Assembly: GCA_964035545.1 (NCBI GenBank)
Contig: OZ037765.1
Coordinates: 14,580,698-14,644,697, forward strand
From: Bugula neritina
Taxonomy: Eukaryota; Animalia; Bryozoa
DNA: 64,000 nucleotides
Direction: 5' to 3'
The translations under genes and the position numbers were made by a program. The notes below the pieces were generated by a model, which was given only the letters and a program-made list of their open reading frames with translations, made no database searches and was not told the DNA's origin. This document shows, piece by piece, positions 38,401 to 50,861 of the stretch. The number at the start of each line of letters is the position of its first letter. The first letter of the stretch is position 1.

Positions 38401-41400
38401 CAACTTAATTTTCTTGTTATTTTTGAGATCATAGACATGCTGACTTTGAAACATATACTTCAAACTAGTAAAAGCGCTAGGAGCAATATTGGCAAACAAG
38501 AATGTTTACAAAGTTTGAAAATAACACTAAAATTTTTCACGACACCCACTTTAGTTGAAACGTTGGGGACGGAGCAATATTCCGAAGGCCCATTAGTCCG
38601 AAGGTCCATTAGTCCGAAGGTCCATTAGTCCGAAGGTCCATTAGTCCAAAGGTCCATTAGTCCGAAAATTAGTAGACACATGATAGTAAAGAGCATCCTC
38701 ACTGAGAATATCATTGATTTCACTCACAATCTAGTTTAAGTTCTTGCTCTGTTAATGCTGTACGTGAGTGGCATGCGTGTTGCCTACTTGCGATTGTTTA
38801 GCCTGAGATTACACTATGACCAGAAAACAGCTGCCTCAATTAGGGCTGCATCATCTATCAACATTCCATTTTGGCTGCTTTATAAACAAAGTACACAGCA
38901 AGCTATTCACTAGCCTGTCAGCTAGCAAGCCTGTAATTAGTATTGTATGCATCACTATCTTTTCATCTCTAAGTGTTCACTGAAGCATGAAGTGCTGTGC
39001 AATGATGATAACTTATGAAAAAATTTACTAGCATTTAATTAGTATTACTTATATTACAGCTAGTGTAAAAATGACAGGGGACTGCAATTCTATTCTAGCT
39101 ACAGTCAGTCAGCTTATATAGGCCCTTAATGTTGACTATTTATAAACTGAAAAACTAAAGTAAAAACATGAAACCGGTAAAATAAAAGCCAAGCAAACAT
39201 TTTGTGTCTACTGTACTGTATTTATGATGAGCTTGGTGAAAAATTACCGGGCACCTCATAACTTATAAAAAAAGGTTGCATTTGAAGTTAGCGTCAAAAA
39301 AATAATGGTTTTTTTAGAATTTTGCTATTGAATGTAATAGTAAATCTCTGGCTTGGTAGTTATTTATTTGGTATCACATTCAATCTCTTTAATTATCTGT
39401 AAGCTGCTAAGCTGCATTATTATATTAATTAAATTATGCACATATCTATTTCAATTAAAAATATCTCTTTGTAATTAAAAATATCTTTAATTAGGGATAT
39501 CTGTAAAAATGCATTGAAGACTAAAAATTATAAACATCCTGGACACTACTCTAAAATCAAATAACCAAAGCTGCACACCATAATATACCAAACCAAACAA
39601 ATCCACAAGATATGTCGATAAGGGCAACCTTCTAGCTGTAACTGCCTGGCTGGGGCCACACTATTGGTATATAAGAATTCAGTCCAGCCAAATAAAACCT
39701 CACCTAATTGTGCTATAGAATCGAAATTTAAAAACCATGTTGTAGATCTTTCTGTTCCTCAAAGCAACTTTTCTGAAATTTTTAATAGCTTTTATAGATT
39801 TTCTATAAAATATAAGTGATTTATACACTGCAAATATGATTTTTTTTCCCTAAGTTATCATCATTGCACAGCACTTCATGCTTCAGTGAACACTTAGAGA
39901 TGAGAAGATACTGATGTGTACATACTAATTACAGGCTTGCTAGCTGACAGGCTAGTGAATAGCTTGCTGTGTACTTTGTTTATAAAGCAGCCATAATGAA
40001 ATGTTGATAGATGATGCACAGCCCTAATTGTGGCAGCTGTTTTCTGGTCATAGTGCAATCTCAGGCTAAACAATCACAAGTAGGCAACACGCATGCCACC
40101 CACATTAACATTAACAGAGCAAGAACTTAAACTAGATTGTGAGTGAAATCAATGATATTCTCAGTGAGGATGCTCTTTACTATCATGTGTCTACTAATTT
40201 TCGGACTAATGGACCTTCGGACTAATGGACCTTCGGACTAATAGGCCTTCGGACTAATGGGCCTTCGGAATATTGACTAGTCACCGAAACGTTGGGAGCA
40301 CTATTGGAAAAAAATGTTCACAAAGAATTCAATACATTGATTTTAATTTAATTTTATTGGTATTTTTCAGCTTTTAGACATGCTGACTCATGAATCATAT
40401 ACTTTAAACTAGTGAAAATACTGATAGCAATATTAACAAACAAAAATGTTCACAAAGTATGAAAATAAAACTAAAATTCTTTGCGGCACCCATTTTAGTC
40501 AAACCCCCCAAACGACTAAAATGGGTATCACATTGACTTTTGGTTTATTTCTAGCTTTCTAGGTGGTTTTGGATTCTTTACAGTATGTCATATTAAAACT
40601 TCTATTTGCTTTTACTAATTCAGATTATTAAAATTTTTAATACTCATAAATATTGGGGGAAATAGCGATATAAACGAAACTAAGAACAAGGGAAAGATAA
40701 TGTTAGGGGGTGTCACTGATGGTTTTGGTTTTATTATATTTCATTTTTATTGTAAATTATTATTTATTAGTATTGTCATTTGGGGTAAAACAATTATAAT
40801 ATATTAGGGTTTTCCTAAAGTTTTGATCAACAAGCAATTTAACAACAAGAATTATTAAAAAGCTAAAAAATAGAGCAAAAAGTCACCGTGACACCCATTT
40901 TAGTCATTTGGGGGGGGGGTTTTGACTAAAATGGGTGCCGCAAAGAATTTTAGTTTTATTTTCACACTTTGTGAACATTTTTGTCTGTTAGCCTAGGGCC
41001 ACACTGTGCGTATTTTCGCATGCGAAAATTAAAATCACGGGTTGCAAAGGTGTCCACTGTAGCATCAGTGATGCGTGATAAGTAAAGCTTTCATTTTTAA
41101 ATCGCACTCGCTTTCAATAAAACGCAATTTACTGGAATATAGCACTAAATAAAGAAATTGGGCTCGCTGAATAGCTACCAGCCAATTAGGTGACGACGAC
41201 AGAGGCGATTCGCACTTCCGTTGAAAATGCAGAGCGACAAGTGCGAAGGTTTTCTCAACGCGCACAGTGGACACCTTTGCTACTTGTGATTTCAATTTTC
41301 GCATGCGAAAATACGCACCGTGTGGCCCTAGGTTTAATATTGCTATCAGTATTTTCACTAGTTTAAAGTATGATTCATGAGTCAGCATGTCTAAAAGCTG

Positions 41401-42163
41401 AAAAATACCAATAAAATTAAATTAAAATCAATGTATTGAATTCTTTGTGAACATTTTTTTTCCAATATTGCTCCCAGCATTTTTACTAGTTTAAAGTATA
41501 TGTTTTATAAGTCAGCATGTCTATGATCACAACAATAACAATAAAATTGAGTGAAAATAAAATTTTTGATAAGGAAAGATAACTCTTGACGAGTTTGGTT
41601 TTTGTTATAACTATTCAATTTTATCATGATTTATTTATGTTTTTTTGGTTTAAACTATTGTGAAATATTCATTATTCACTGAAGATTTATTTAATAATAA
41701 TTTTAGCAGTCAGGACTGTCTAAAAATCTGAAAACATAATAAAAATTTTTGCGACACCCATTCTAATCAAACCCCCCCCTCAAGACTAAAATGGGTATCA
41801 CAGACCGCGACACCGGGTGGCCACTCATTTTAGTCACACCCATATAATTATTGTTTTATAATGCAGCACCAACATTTAGGTTTTTGCAGCTGGTTTAGTA
41901 GCTGAAAGTGGTTTTCTGAAAAGTTGTCAAACCAATGATATAACTTTTTCTAAAAATGCAAGCAATCTTTCTGTTAACATAGACACTGAATACAAAACTA
42001 GCCTTTGTTTTCTTAAAATTTTTCGTGCTTCATGAGAGTATCTGGCTCGATCAGTGGTCATAATTCGCAATTTTCTCTTTATTTTTATGTATTCCCAATC
42101 ACTATCTTGAACCAGTTCTCTAGCTCTATATTGCCGGGTAGACTTCTTCCTTTGCTTTGTCAT
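11435..42163 (-). CDS. CCDC63: CCDC63/ODAD1(CCDC114)-family coiled-coil outer dynein arm docking complex protein, 10 coding exons, ~566 aa
   Basis: Minus-strand exons in consistent phase: 42163-42003, 36599-36410, 36075-35953, 35810-35629, 35397-35207, 34929-34782, 21369-21228, 20974-20723, 12100-11973, 11618-11435 (1701 nt). Family-like motifs: LLEAREDYE, ASRNYEQR, HNSEIKVLQRMIAHDGELKRFMSVK, EENFSRFDYVSELN, LFKKIN..MTSRNLKMYISLIEQR. CCDC63 versus ODAD1 cannot be resolved by eye. Confidence 0.88.
12257..12666. mobile_element. PIF/Harbinger-type MITE
   Basis: TIR GTGTAGGGCC...GGCCCTACAC with extended imperfect pairing; TTA on both sides. Confidence 0.8.
13551..14465 (+). CDS. gag: Gag of element A, intact ORF with CCHC zinc knuckle
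   Basis: LKLPNFGGEEDVEQFIREFE capsid-like region; CWGCGASGHVKRHC. First ATG at 13551. Confidence 0.9.
   Translation: MASPGETAPGATEAETPTLTVEALVAVLQGLREPSQAPPGDRYRLKLPNFGGEEDVEQFIREFEDVATIAEWPAPVRILQLRSCLTGQARSFAFGPDEAHILRALRARFGRTAEEAVDCLQALRRNRRTTLEEHANTVERLAQAAYSHATGAERKRLVYNVFFKSVNDSGLQRYWLAAKVRTLEEALEMGMSYFQVEGLQEKSFTAHQVAEGNPEDATPATPQVSAATTQSPEQAQLAVLVDMVKGLQATVTELQRNQADRRAPQIRDNPVGPSQLTCWGCGASGHVKRHCPKGSLPLNNRGSR
14441..18830 (+). pseudogene. pol: Pol of element A (protease, RT, RNase H, integrase), disrupted
   Basis: LLDTGC protease; WSSPVVLVKKKDGSWRFCVDYR, LPFGLTSAPATFQR, YLDD; TDAS RNase H; IHTDQ..YHPQGNGVVER integrase; frameshift near 16110, stops at 17143, 17362 and others. Confidence 0.95.
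21483..21720 (+). mobile_element. Probable LTR remnant
   Basis: Starts TGTTGTGGAAAGTTCTAGAA (shared with the LTR near 31750), GC-rich CCGAA-type repeats as in other LTRs here, TATA-like GTATGAAAGG; right end not found. Confidence 0.4.
22909..23734 (-). pseudogene. Extra ORF3 of element B: double zinc finger plus C-terminal coiled coil
   Basis: CSEC-x12-H-x3-H then CPC-x12-H-x5-C; frameshifted tail ends LLTDVRNLQRRMARLCKKQKRAAAELTNKIA; homologous to 59055-59866. Confidence 0.8.
29605..31469. mobile_element. Non-autonomous hAT element inside the 5' LTR of element B
   Basis: TIR CAGGGTT(A/G)GGGT, perfect 8-bp TSD CTGGCTGC (29597-29604, 31470-31477), subterminal AATTAC/GTAATT arrays. Confidence 0.9.
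29868..30790 (-). pseudogene. Charlie/Buster-type hAT transposase C-terminal remnant with one TIR
   Basis: End CAGTGATTCCCAACC preceded by ACCTAGAC; minus strand reads YLCEVGFS (30232-30210) and ..SDLRMGL.., resembling the hAT dimerisation domain. Confidence 0.65.
31555..33500 (-). mobile_element. Truncated Gypsy 3' LTR (31555-~33205) with adjacent 3' internal sequence, interrupted by a MITE
   Basis: Minus strand: TGTGGTAAAT start, TATAAAAG, AATAAA, end CCCACAAGTTACTACA (compare element A end CCCACAAAATTATCACA). Confidence 0.6.
31764..32873. mobile_element. Foldback/MULE-like non-autonomous element, copy 1
   Basis: Termini CGGTGACTAGTCAATATT and AATATTGCTCCGTCCC; inverted 16-bp CCGAAGGYCCATT arrays; imperfect ~8-bp TSD; superfamily uncertain. 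Confidence 0.75.
36901..37980. mobile_element. Putative non-autonomous DNA transposon
   Basis: Ends ATGGAATCCCT / AGGAATTCCAT; inverted subterminal CTCAGATCGAT motifs; TSD not clear. Confidence 0.45.
38566..40286. mobile_element. Foldback/MULE-like non-autonomous element, copy 2, with ~440-bp inverted arms
   Basis: TSD AAACGTTG on both sides; 5 and 4 copies of the 16-bp unit; arms ~38575-39015 and ~39851-40275. Confidence 0.85.
40991..41333. mobile_element. PIF/Harbinger-type MITE
   Basis: ~80-bp TIR (GCCTAGGGCCACAC...GTGTGGCCCTAGGT), TTA TSD. Confidence 0.85.
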
Positions 42164-42624
42164 TTCTTTTTATTAAATGATTCTACAAGATTTGATAAAA
42201 TAAAAATCTTAGGATTATAATCTGCAGCACTTTCATGGCTTAAAAGAAATTAACCATACCCGTCATGCCACAACAATTGTATTATTGTGTGGCTGAATCA
42301 AACATAAACTTGACATTGACTTGACTAGACTTTGTAAGAGATATTAAAATTTGAATAGAACAACATTCACAAGTTTAGGACAAATAACTATCACCAAATA
42401 TTTCCATTAAGTTTTTTCAATACTGAAATAAATGATAGGTTTAAAACTTCTGAGTGATGGCATATAAAAACTGACATAATTAAAAATATAATATAATTTA
42501 CCTTAAAATATCTATATCACCTTTAGATATTCAGTTTCACTGATATTTAAATTACTTGATTACCATTAGCCCGATAACTAGTAGTACTAGTGTTACTAAA
42601 ACATCAACTGCAAACTCAATCTTA

Positions 42625-44310
42625 ACTACAATTTAGCACCAGTTCATTATACTTCAAGAAGTTCGAGGGGCAGAAGAGGCACCATCTGGAGACAGGCATC
42701 ACCTTAAGCTTTCGACCAACGAAGATGGGAATGTCAAACAGTTCCTCGGAAATTCGAAGATGTGGCCACCCTCGCCGAATGGCCGGCACTGGTGAGGAGT
42801 CAACTTCAATCCTGCCTGACAGACCGGTCCAAGTGCTATGGGATGAGCCCCGACGTAGGAAAAATTTGTTCGGCATGACCGCTCGAGGCGCGAGAGATCG
42901 CCTACAGGGTTTAAAGAGGAAACCCAGAATGTCCTTGCAAGACAATACCAATCAAGTGGAGAAATTGGCCCAGATTGTATGTAACTGCACAGACCTTGAG
43001 TAGCGCCAAACCCTTGTGCTTGAAGCGTTCCCCAAGTTCCTGAAGAAATCAGAGTCGCGGTGCTATCTCCTGGCTAAGGGGATGGACACCATAGAAACTA
43101 CCTAGGATCCGAGGAAAGGCCTACTATCAGGTCGATGGCCTCAAAGTTCTCCATACTAATGGCTATGGTGAAAGGCCCACAGCCTGACTAAAAGAGGGTG
43201 CTGCAGGCCGAGGCTGGCAGGCAGGCTCCATGATTACGGCGACTCTGCCAGGCCTCTACTCTTTACCTGTTGAGGGGCGAGTGTGAGAGAAATGTGAGGC
43301 GGAGCTGCCCACATGGGAGGAAGGTGTTTTCAAGCACCCAAAGCCTGCGGTAAATTCTGCCATGCGTAGGCCCAGAGCCGACCCTGACAAAAAGCAGGTC
43401 CAGCCTGTACCAAGGAAGACAGGGATACACACACAAAGCGGCAGACACCCCGGTGATCTTGGAGACTACAAAGTCTACCCGAACCCCATTCCTGGCCACT
43501 CAGCAATCGCTTTGTAGGGTTACCCGAGGAGGATGTAGAGGAATCATCCTACGCTCAGGAGTTTTCCAGGCTACCCTCCAAAACCTCAGAAAATTATCAA
43601 TGTCGTCAAGGCGAGGAAGAGGACCTATGTAAACACCCAAGACATGTTTCCCTCTAAGACTGATCGCTCCAGAAACACCCAACCCTATGGAATCAGCAAC
43701 TTCCTGCCCGGTGATATTGCGAGTAAAGCTGCCACTTTTCTACTGAACACTGGGTGCACTACAAACCTGCTGAGTCAGCATTTCTTCAACACTCTTGGTG
43801 CCCAAGAGCGGGCGAGTCTCGAGCTGTATGAAGGTGCGCATGGTATGCTAGCGGACGGATCATGCATCATCACAATACCTGGGAAGGTCTGTGATCAGGT
43901 GACTTGCGAGACGTTCATTGTTAGCTACATGAAAGAAGATGCCAACTTGGGCATGTTGTTTCTGGAGAAAAACCGGTCTCGAATGACGATCAGAAGTCGA
44001 CGGTGGTTAAGGTTGAGAAGGAACTTGTCTTTTTAGACATGTTTGGCAGGCCTTTAGTGGGCGGAATGCAGGTAGTGCAGCACAGCTTGGTCACGGGACG
44101 CACCTAAGCCATGTTATGCTGCAGGGTCAATTGCAGAAGAATATCAGAGATAAGAGTTGTGGAGGGGATGCGTGGGAGAATCTAACTGGCAAACAGCCTG
44201 AATCGGCTAGACTGTCGGGGAACTCCCTGTGCAATGCATCAACTACTTTAGGGAACCAATCAAGCTGCTGGGGGGCTCGTTTGTGGGGAAGTACCACTCC
44301 ATCCAAGAAG
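42625..44310 (+). pseudogene. Heavily decayed Gypsy gag-protease fragment (C)
   Basis: QPYGISNFLPG..KAATFLLNTGCTTNLLS, homologous to element A. Confidence 0.85.
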
Positions 44311-44384
44311 ATACTTGCCAGTATCCACTCATCAGAACCAAAGTACTGAAGTGCATACTTCCTGGGAGGCCATCCAGTGACTCA

Positions 44385-45043
44385 ACTATTTTCTCGGGCA
44401 GGAAGTAGCTGCTTCTATAAGGTTGGATGTTCCTGGAGTGATCAGTTTCTGGAGAGACACTTCTTGGGTTATCTCAGAGGGCCTCTCCCTCATCTTGACG
44501 CCATTGGGGGTTTTCTGAGGTTTGGAGGGTAACCTGGAAAACACCTGAGCGTAGGATGACTCCTTTTTCACAACCTCGTTGGGCAAGCCCATGAACAGGT
44601 TGCTGAGTGGCCGAGCTAGTTTTTCTTGTTCTCATCCGTCTGTTCCTGCCATCCTGCATCCTCTCTCTATAGGGCCAGTTAAAATTTACTAGATCCCACC
44701 ACTACCACTAATGTGATAACTTTGTGGGTTGGTAAAATAATAATTGGTGAACATAAATTTTTGCAAGAGAGAAGGCAATTCTAGGTGTTTATTGTAGTTT
44801 TATTGAGACATCTTCCAAGAAAAAAGTATAGTAATGGTCAATGCACAAGATGTGTCCTCCTCGAGCTTAAGCAGTAGACTAAATCTACACTGGCGAGTTC
44901 ACCCTGTTATACTCTAAAAATCGGATGCCAGCGCCAAATCAGGCGCCCCAAACCTGGGTCCTCGAATCGGCCAACCCGAAGTCCAGACCACCCAGACTTT
45001 GGCCAAAATCGGAATTACATGACAAAATGTAGAAATTTTCACA
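44385..45043 (-). mobile_element. Gypsy 5' LTR (~44712-45043), degenerate PBS and deleted internal fragment
   Basis: Minus-strand LTR end CCCACAAAGTTATCACA then TAGTGGTAGTGGTGGGAT; 44390-44620 is an inverted homolog of 43490-43710. Confidence 0.65.
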
Positions 45044-45139
45044 ATAAAATAAAAGGAAAGACAACTCTTAAAAGTAATTCCCAAATCTATTACACAATTT
45101 TAGATTAAGTTGTGTTATTATGGTGATTACTATTAGTAT

Positions 45140-45640
45140 TGTAATGACGGTCGCACACATCATGATACCCCAAACATTGCAACATGGACCACAGTCTACT
45201 TAGCTAATGGTGTCTGACTGTTACTTCAGCTCAGCTGAAGTCTCGCTGCAAGTCCATTAGTTAGACTGTTTCATTTTCAATTATCACACGTGTGTACTGC
45301 CTAATTGCACTTCCGCACTCTCTACTAGGCAGAATGGCGGCCTTCACTGCGGGATACGTTATCCGTAGGGAGACCGGAACACGCGGAGCCAATCAGGATC
45401 AGGCTCTCCTATATAAGCAGGACAATTCATGCGCTCAGATACACTTAGCTAGTATTGTTACTCATGTACAATTTTGGTGTTGTACTAATGTTTTACCTCG
45501 ATATCTTTTCATAAAGGCTAGTCTGTAAATACAGTTATCATTCCTTAACACTCGCAGTTCTCTCTCTTAGATAAAGATAGAGTCATGTTTTAGCTTTTCA
45601 GACAACCACGGACAGTAGTTAACTGCATAAAACTACAACA
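45140..45640 (+). mobile_element. Solo LTR
   Basis: TGTAATG...GCATAAAACTACAACA (end resembles B/D LTRs), CCAAT and TATATAA; flanks GTAT/GTAG. Confidence 0.7.
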
Positions 45641-46820
45641 GTAGTGTGGTAAATTATGGTTTATCGGAAAGGCAACTCTTCTCTCTAATTACTCTGCTAC
45701 TTTAATGTGCATCCTCTAGTATAAGCTAAGTTACGCGTGGCCTACTCTCTACATATTATGCTACGCTCAAGACAATGAATAGGATCAACCAATAAGAGGA
45801 GCTTATGACCATACGATCACAAGCAGCTTGCATTAGTAGTTAGTAGCTAATGCTTGGGATGGAGCTAATGCTTTAGGGATGGAGCTAATTATGTAAGCTC
45901 ATTAGCAGCGGGCATCCACAGCACACAGTTAACTAGTAGCACTTGAATAGTTAGGTTGTGTGCTTTATTGTTGTACAGTTATGTAATTCCTTTCATTTTA
46001 TGTAGTTTGCTTTACTTGTGTATTATTCGTATAAATAAACTCTATTCATACTCTACGCCGGCAGTTGTTGGCTTAGTCTTAAATACCCGTATAATTGGTG
46101 ATAGCATAAAATCACAATAGTGGTGGCAGCGGTGGGATTAATTTAAGGCTAATGCTCTTGGCCAAGGAGTAAAAGAGTATGGCCAGCGACGACAAAGGAG
46201 ACATCTCTCATCTAGAACAAATTGAACCGGAAGCTGTAGAGGATGTCATAGGCGGCCCAGCGCTGCCTATGGACAGGTATCATTTGCAGGCTCCTGCCTT
46301 TTGTGGAGAAAAAGATGTAGAGCAATTTATCGCTGAGTTCAGCGACGTGGTAGCCATTTGTTGATGGGATCGGCCAAACTTTATGGTATCGGCCAGGATG
46401 TCAGCAGCATCTTCGAGGCGTTGAGAGCCTGATTAGGGCTCACCGCTCGAGATGCGCGACCAACTCTAAGGGCTTAAGAGAGATCCTAAGACTGCTTTAC
46501 AAGAGCACACGACCGTAGTGGAACGGCTGGCACAAGTCGCTTATGTCGACCTACCTGCAGAAGGCCGACGGAATTTGGTGCTAGAGGCGTTTCTCTAATC
46601 TATCAACAACATCGGCTTGAAAAGGCACTTGCTGGTAGCCAAAGTTGATACGATGAAAGGGCCCTTTGGCATGGAAATGTCTATTTCCAAGCCGATAGCG
46701 CGTGTCAGCCTGGTGTGAACGCGCAGCAAGTAGAAGCCGTCGGCGGCGGCAGCTGAAGAGGTGACCGGCTTAACCACGAGCCTGGTTCAGGAGCTGCTGG
46801 CCAAAATTAGGCGCCTGAGG

Positions 46821-47316
46821 CACTGTTGGGGTTATTGTAATAGGTTGTAATTAATTACATTTTTTCAAGTAAATGAATGTAATTTGTAATTGATGTATAA
46901 AAATGTAATTGTACTTGTGATTGTAACTAATTACATCGCTAATGTAATTGAATTTTACAATTACTTTATAATTGCATAACAATTACTTAAAATTTTTAAA
47001 TCTTATAAAATTCATATTTTTCCTGCCTTGCCTACTGTTAAATAAAAAGTTCAGAATATTTTAATATCATATTCATCACCCTATTTGTTACTGTTGAAAA
47101 CAAGGAAGGTTTTCCATCATCAAAATTGCCTTGGGTAGTTGGACCCCCCCCTCCAAAAATGAGATTATATAACTTTTATTTATCTCCTGTGACAAAAGGA
47201 ATTGTAAGTAATTACATTTATTTTAACTGTAATTATAATTGTAAATGTCATTGACAAAATTTCATGTAATTGTAATTGTGATTAATTACATTTATATGTG
47301 ATTGTCCCCAACCCCG
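46821..47316. mobile_element. hAT MITE (same family as 29605-31469) inserted in gag of D
   Basis: GTAATT arrays, decayed TIR, TSD GCCTGAGG/GTCTGAGG. Confidence 0.8.
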
Positions 47317-50300
47317 GTCTGAGGAAACAGTCGGCAGCTGAGCGGCCTGCAAGGTTGCCGACAGCTGCTGCTGGCAGATGAGCCTCTCTTTGTTAGGGTT
47401 GTGGTTTTGCCGGACATCTCCTGAGGAGCTGTCCCCACGGTTGGAGGAAGCAGTTATACTTAAACGGCCCATAGCAGATCGCAAGGTTTGCCGAAACCTC
47501 TGGCTTGGCCACTTAAAAATCGCTTTAAGAGATTGCAGGAGGAGGAGGGAGTGTATGAGGAATGGGGGCAGGACTGCGAGATCCCTCGGCTGCCCAAGTA
47601 GGAGCAGGACTGAGCGTTCACTCAGCTGATCACTTGTGAGCAGGGCCAAGATGTCACTCGGCTGCCCACGAGATCTCGGAAACCCCTCGCAATCGGAAAG
47701 CGCGGGTGCATCCTCAACTTCATGCACATGAGGTGTCGCCTCAAGAAACAAGCCGCTCAGTGAGCGCCCAGCCATATGGAAGCAGCTGTTTCCTGCCCGG
47801 TAAACATGCCCGCAAAACTGCAACATTCCTATTGGACACTTGGTGTACCACTAATCTTTTGAGCCGGCGTCTTTTCGACACACTCAATGCAGAAGACAGG
47901 GCTAACCTGGAGCTATAAGTAGGGGAACACGGCATGTTAGCGGACGGGTGGCGTACTCTATTCTATAGTGTGATTGTTGAGACAGGTTGAGTCTGTTGGC
48001 AGGGCGTGAGCTTGCTTGTGTGGATAAGTTTGGCAGGCCCTTGGTAGGGGGAGTGCTGGTGGTGCAGCGCTGCACCATTCCTGGGCGCTCCCAGGCTACA
48101 GTTTGCTGCAAAGTGAACTGTAGGAAAATCTCTAATTTAGAAATGGTAGAAGGGGCACTGGAGGGAGTCCAGCTCGCAAACAGCCTGAATCCGCCGAATG
48201 AGCGTGTAGAGTTCCTGGAACAGTGTGTGAACCCTTTCACGGAGCCAGTGGAGTTGCTGGCTGTTTCGTTAGTGGGGAAGTTCCACTCCGTGCAGGAAGA
48301 GGATGTTGAGCTCGCCATGGAGATGGCGGAGGAGATCCGTGAGGTACCCACTGCAAACGGCAGAGGGCCGGTGCTTGAACATGTGGTAGAGATGTTTGGG
48401 AATGCCTGTTATGGCTGTGAGAGTAACAAGGAACGCTTGGCAATAGCACAATTACTCTCCAAGTACAAAGATGTGTTCAGTCGAGGCGACCATGACATGA
48501 GCCTGATTAAGGTTGTCTGTCATGAGATACCCCTGGTGGCGGGAACAGGGTCGATTCGGCAGCCGACCCGCTTCTGAGAAGAAAAAGAAGTGAGCAGTCA
48601 GGTGCAAGACCTTCTGAGCCGGGACCTGATTGAGACAGCCCATAGTGCTTGGAGCTCTCCAGTTGTTCTGGTTTGGAAAAAGGATAGGAGCTGAAGGTTT
48701 TGCGTGGATTATCGCAAACTGAACAAGATGCTTACCCTCTGCCGAGGATCGATGAGTCACTGGATACCTTGTTGGACTTGCTGAGCGGGTACTGGCAGGT
48801 GCCCCTGAGTCCTGACGCACAGGACAAGGTTGCGTTTATAATGCAGGATGGGCTCTGGAAGTGGAAGGTGCTGCCATTCAGAATTACATCTGCTCTGGCA
48901 ACCTTTCAGCGACTCATGGAGCCGGATTTCAGTAGGCTAAACTGGAAGACCTTGCTCATCTACCTCGATGATGTCATCGTCATCTCTCCTGACTTCGACG
49001 CTCATGTCAGTTGGCTCAGAGAGGGGTTCGGCATTTTGAGCCGCCGGTGCGAAGCTCAAGCCCACTAAGTGTGCGTTGTTGCAGCAAGAGGTCAAGTACC
49101 TAAGCCATGTAGTTGGTTGGAACGAACCGCTACCAACCCCGAGAAAGTACGGGCTGTGAAAGACTGGGCCGTCCCTCTGGATCTCTTTGAATTGCGGGCA
49201 TTCCATGGGTTAGTAGGGTACTACAGGCAGTACATACCCGACTCTGCAAAAATTACTCAGCGGTCAAACCTGCTGACAGCAAAGGGGGTCCGCTGGCAGT
49301 AGACGTATGCAGAACAGCAAGCATTCGAGCACCTCAAGGATAGCTTGATGGAAGCACCCAAATTAGCGTACCCCGATCCGGCGAAAGAGCACATTCTGGA
49401 CACTAATGCGAGTGACCATAATGTGGGAACTGTGTTGTGTCAGGTCCAGGATGGTCGCGAGGTAGTGGTGGCCTACTACAGTAAAAAAGGGCCCCTGAAA
49501 AGAACTACTGCGTTATCAGGAAAGATCTCTTGGCAGCAGTTAAGGCAGTTAAGCACTTCAGATAATATTTGTATCGGCGGACGTTCAGATTGCGAACGGA
49601 TTATGCGTCCCTGATAAGGTTATGCAGACGAGCTGAATCCTCTAGTCAAGTTGCGCGTTGGCTTGAAATCCTGAAATGTTTTCATACCGGATTGAGCACC
49701 GACCCGGAAAGAAACACGGTGATACCGATGGATTGAGCCGGCGGCGTGAAGAGGGGTGTCAGCAATGCCTAAAACATTGAGCGGTGGGATGGTGGACCCT
49801 CTTGCTCGGACGTGGAAGAACAGATATGGAGGGCAGGTGTATACAGCTGGGAAGAAGGCCAACTCCGGTCTAAACTCCCTCTAAAGCTGTCAACACCTTT
49901 CATGCAAACCCTACACTGCTCTGAAATGTCAGGGAGCTTTGCAAGCTCCAAGCTACCCTACCAATAGTGGTGGCCGACTTAGTTCAGGCCAAGAAGGAGG
50001 GACGGCGGCCTAGTAATGCCGAACAACGGGTCAAGGGTGCAGAGTTCAAGTATTTATGTGACTGTTGAGACTTCGTCAAGTTCAATGGTGATGAGCTGTT
50101 AACGACAACGTTAGCAACCGGCGTAAATCACCAGGAACGTTAGAGGGTAGTTTATCCGTTAGCCCTTTGCCGGGAGCTGATCTGGGACATCCATAAGCAA
50201 GCTCATACTGGGGCTGGGCGGGTAACTAGGTGCCTTCAGCTCTGGTGGTATTGGTCCGGGTTGACCAAGATTTTCGTTTTCGGGTGCGGAAGTGTAAGGT

Positions 50301-50861
50301 ATGCCAAGCTAGCAAGAATGGCCGTTTCACTGAGATCGTGGAGAGGTATCACCTCTATGCCGGTCGTTCGTGGCAAATAGTTGCCGTAGATTTGGTGGGT
50401 CCCATGCCCACGTCTGAGAGAGGTAATAACTGGATACTGGTATTAGCTGACCAATTTACGCGGTGGGCTGATGCTCTGGCTATTCCGGATGCGTCGGCCC
50501 CCACGGTGGTCATGGCCTTGGATCAGAATGTGTTGTTATTTCGGCTTGCCGGAACAAGTACACACTGATCAGGGTGCCCAGTTTAAGTCGCAGCTAATGA
50601 GTGATCTTTGCAAGACGTGGGGGGTAACCCTATATCACCCACAAGGAAATGGGGTTGTTGAGCGGAACAACTGTATGCTAGGTGACTTTCTGAGGAATCT
50701 GCTTATCGGTAAGAGCCAGGAAGAGTGGGACTTGGTACTGCCGCAAATCATGCGAGCATACCGTAGTGCCCCTCACTCCAGTACACTAAATACCCCGAAC
50801 TTCCTCATGCTCGGTAGAGAAACGAGGGCTGCTGAGCATTTAACCGACCATGTTCCTGCTC

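Larger units (their letters stand above)
38107..41841. mobile_element. Large palindromic MITE (GACTAAAATGGGTG family) with two nested insertions
   Basis: Ends GGGTGTGACTAAAAT...ATTTTAGTCACACCC with long inverted arms; another copy starts at 22083 and resumes at ~33504-34100. Confidence 0.8.

Noticed and set aside
38582-38666. CRISPR-like repeat array
   Set aside because: Head-to-tail 16-bp units without spacers, within a eukaryotic transposon arm.
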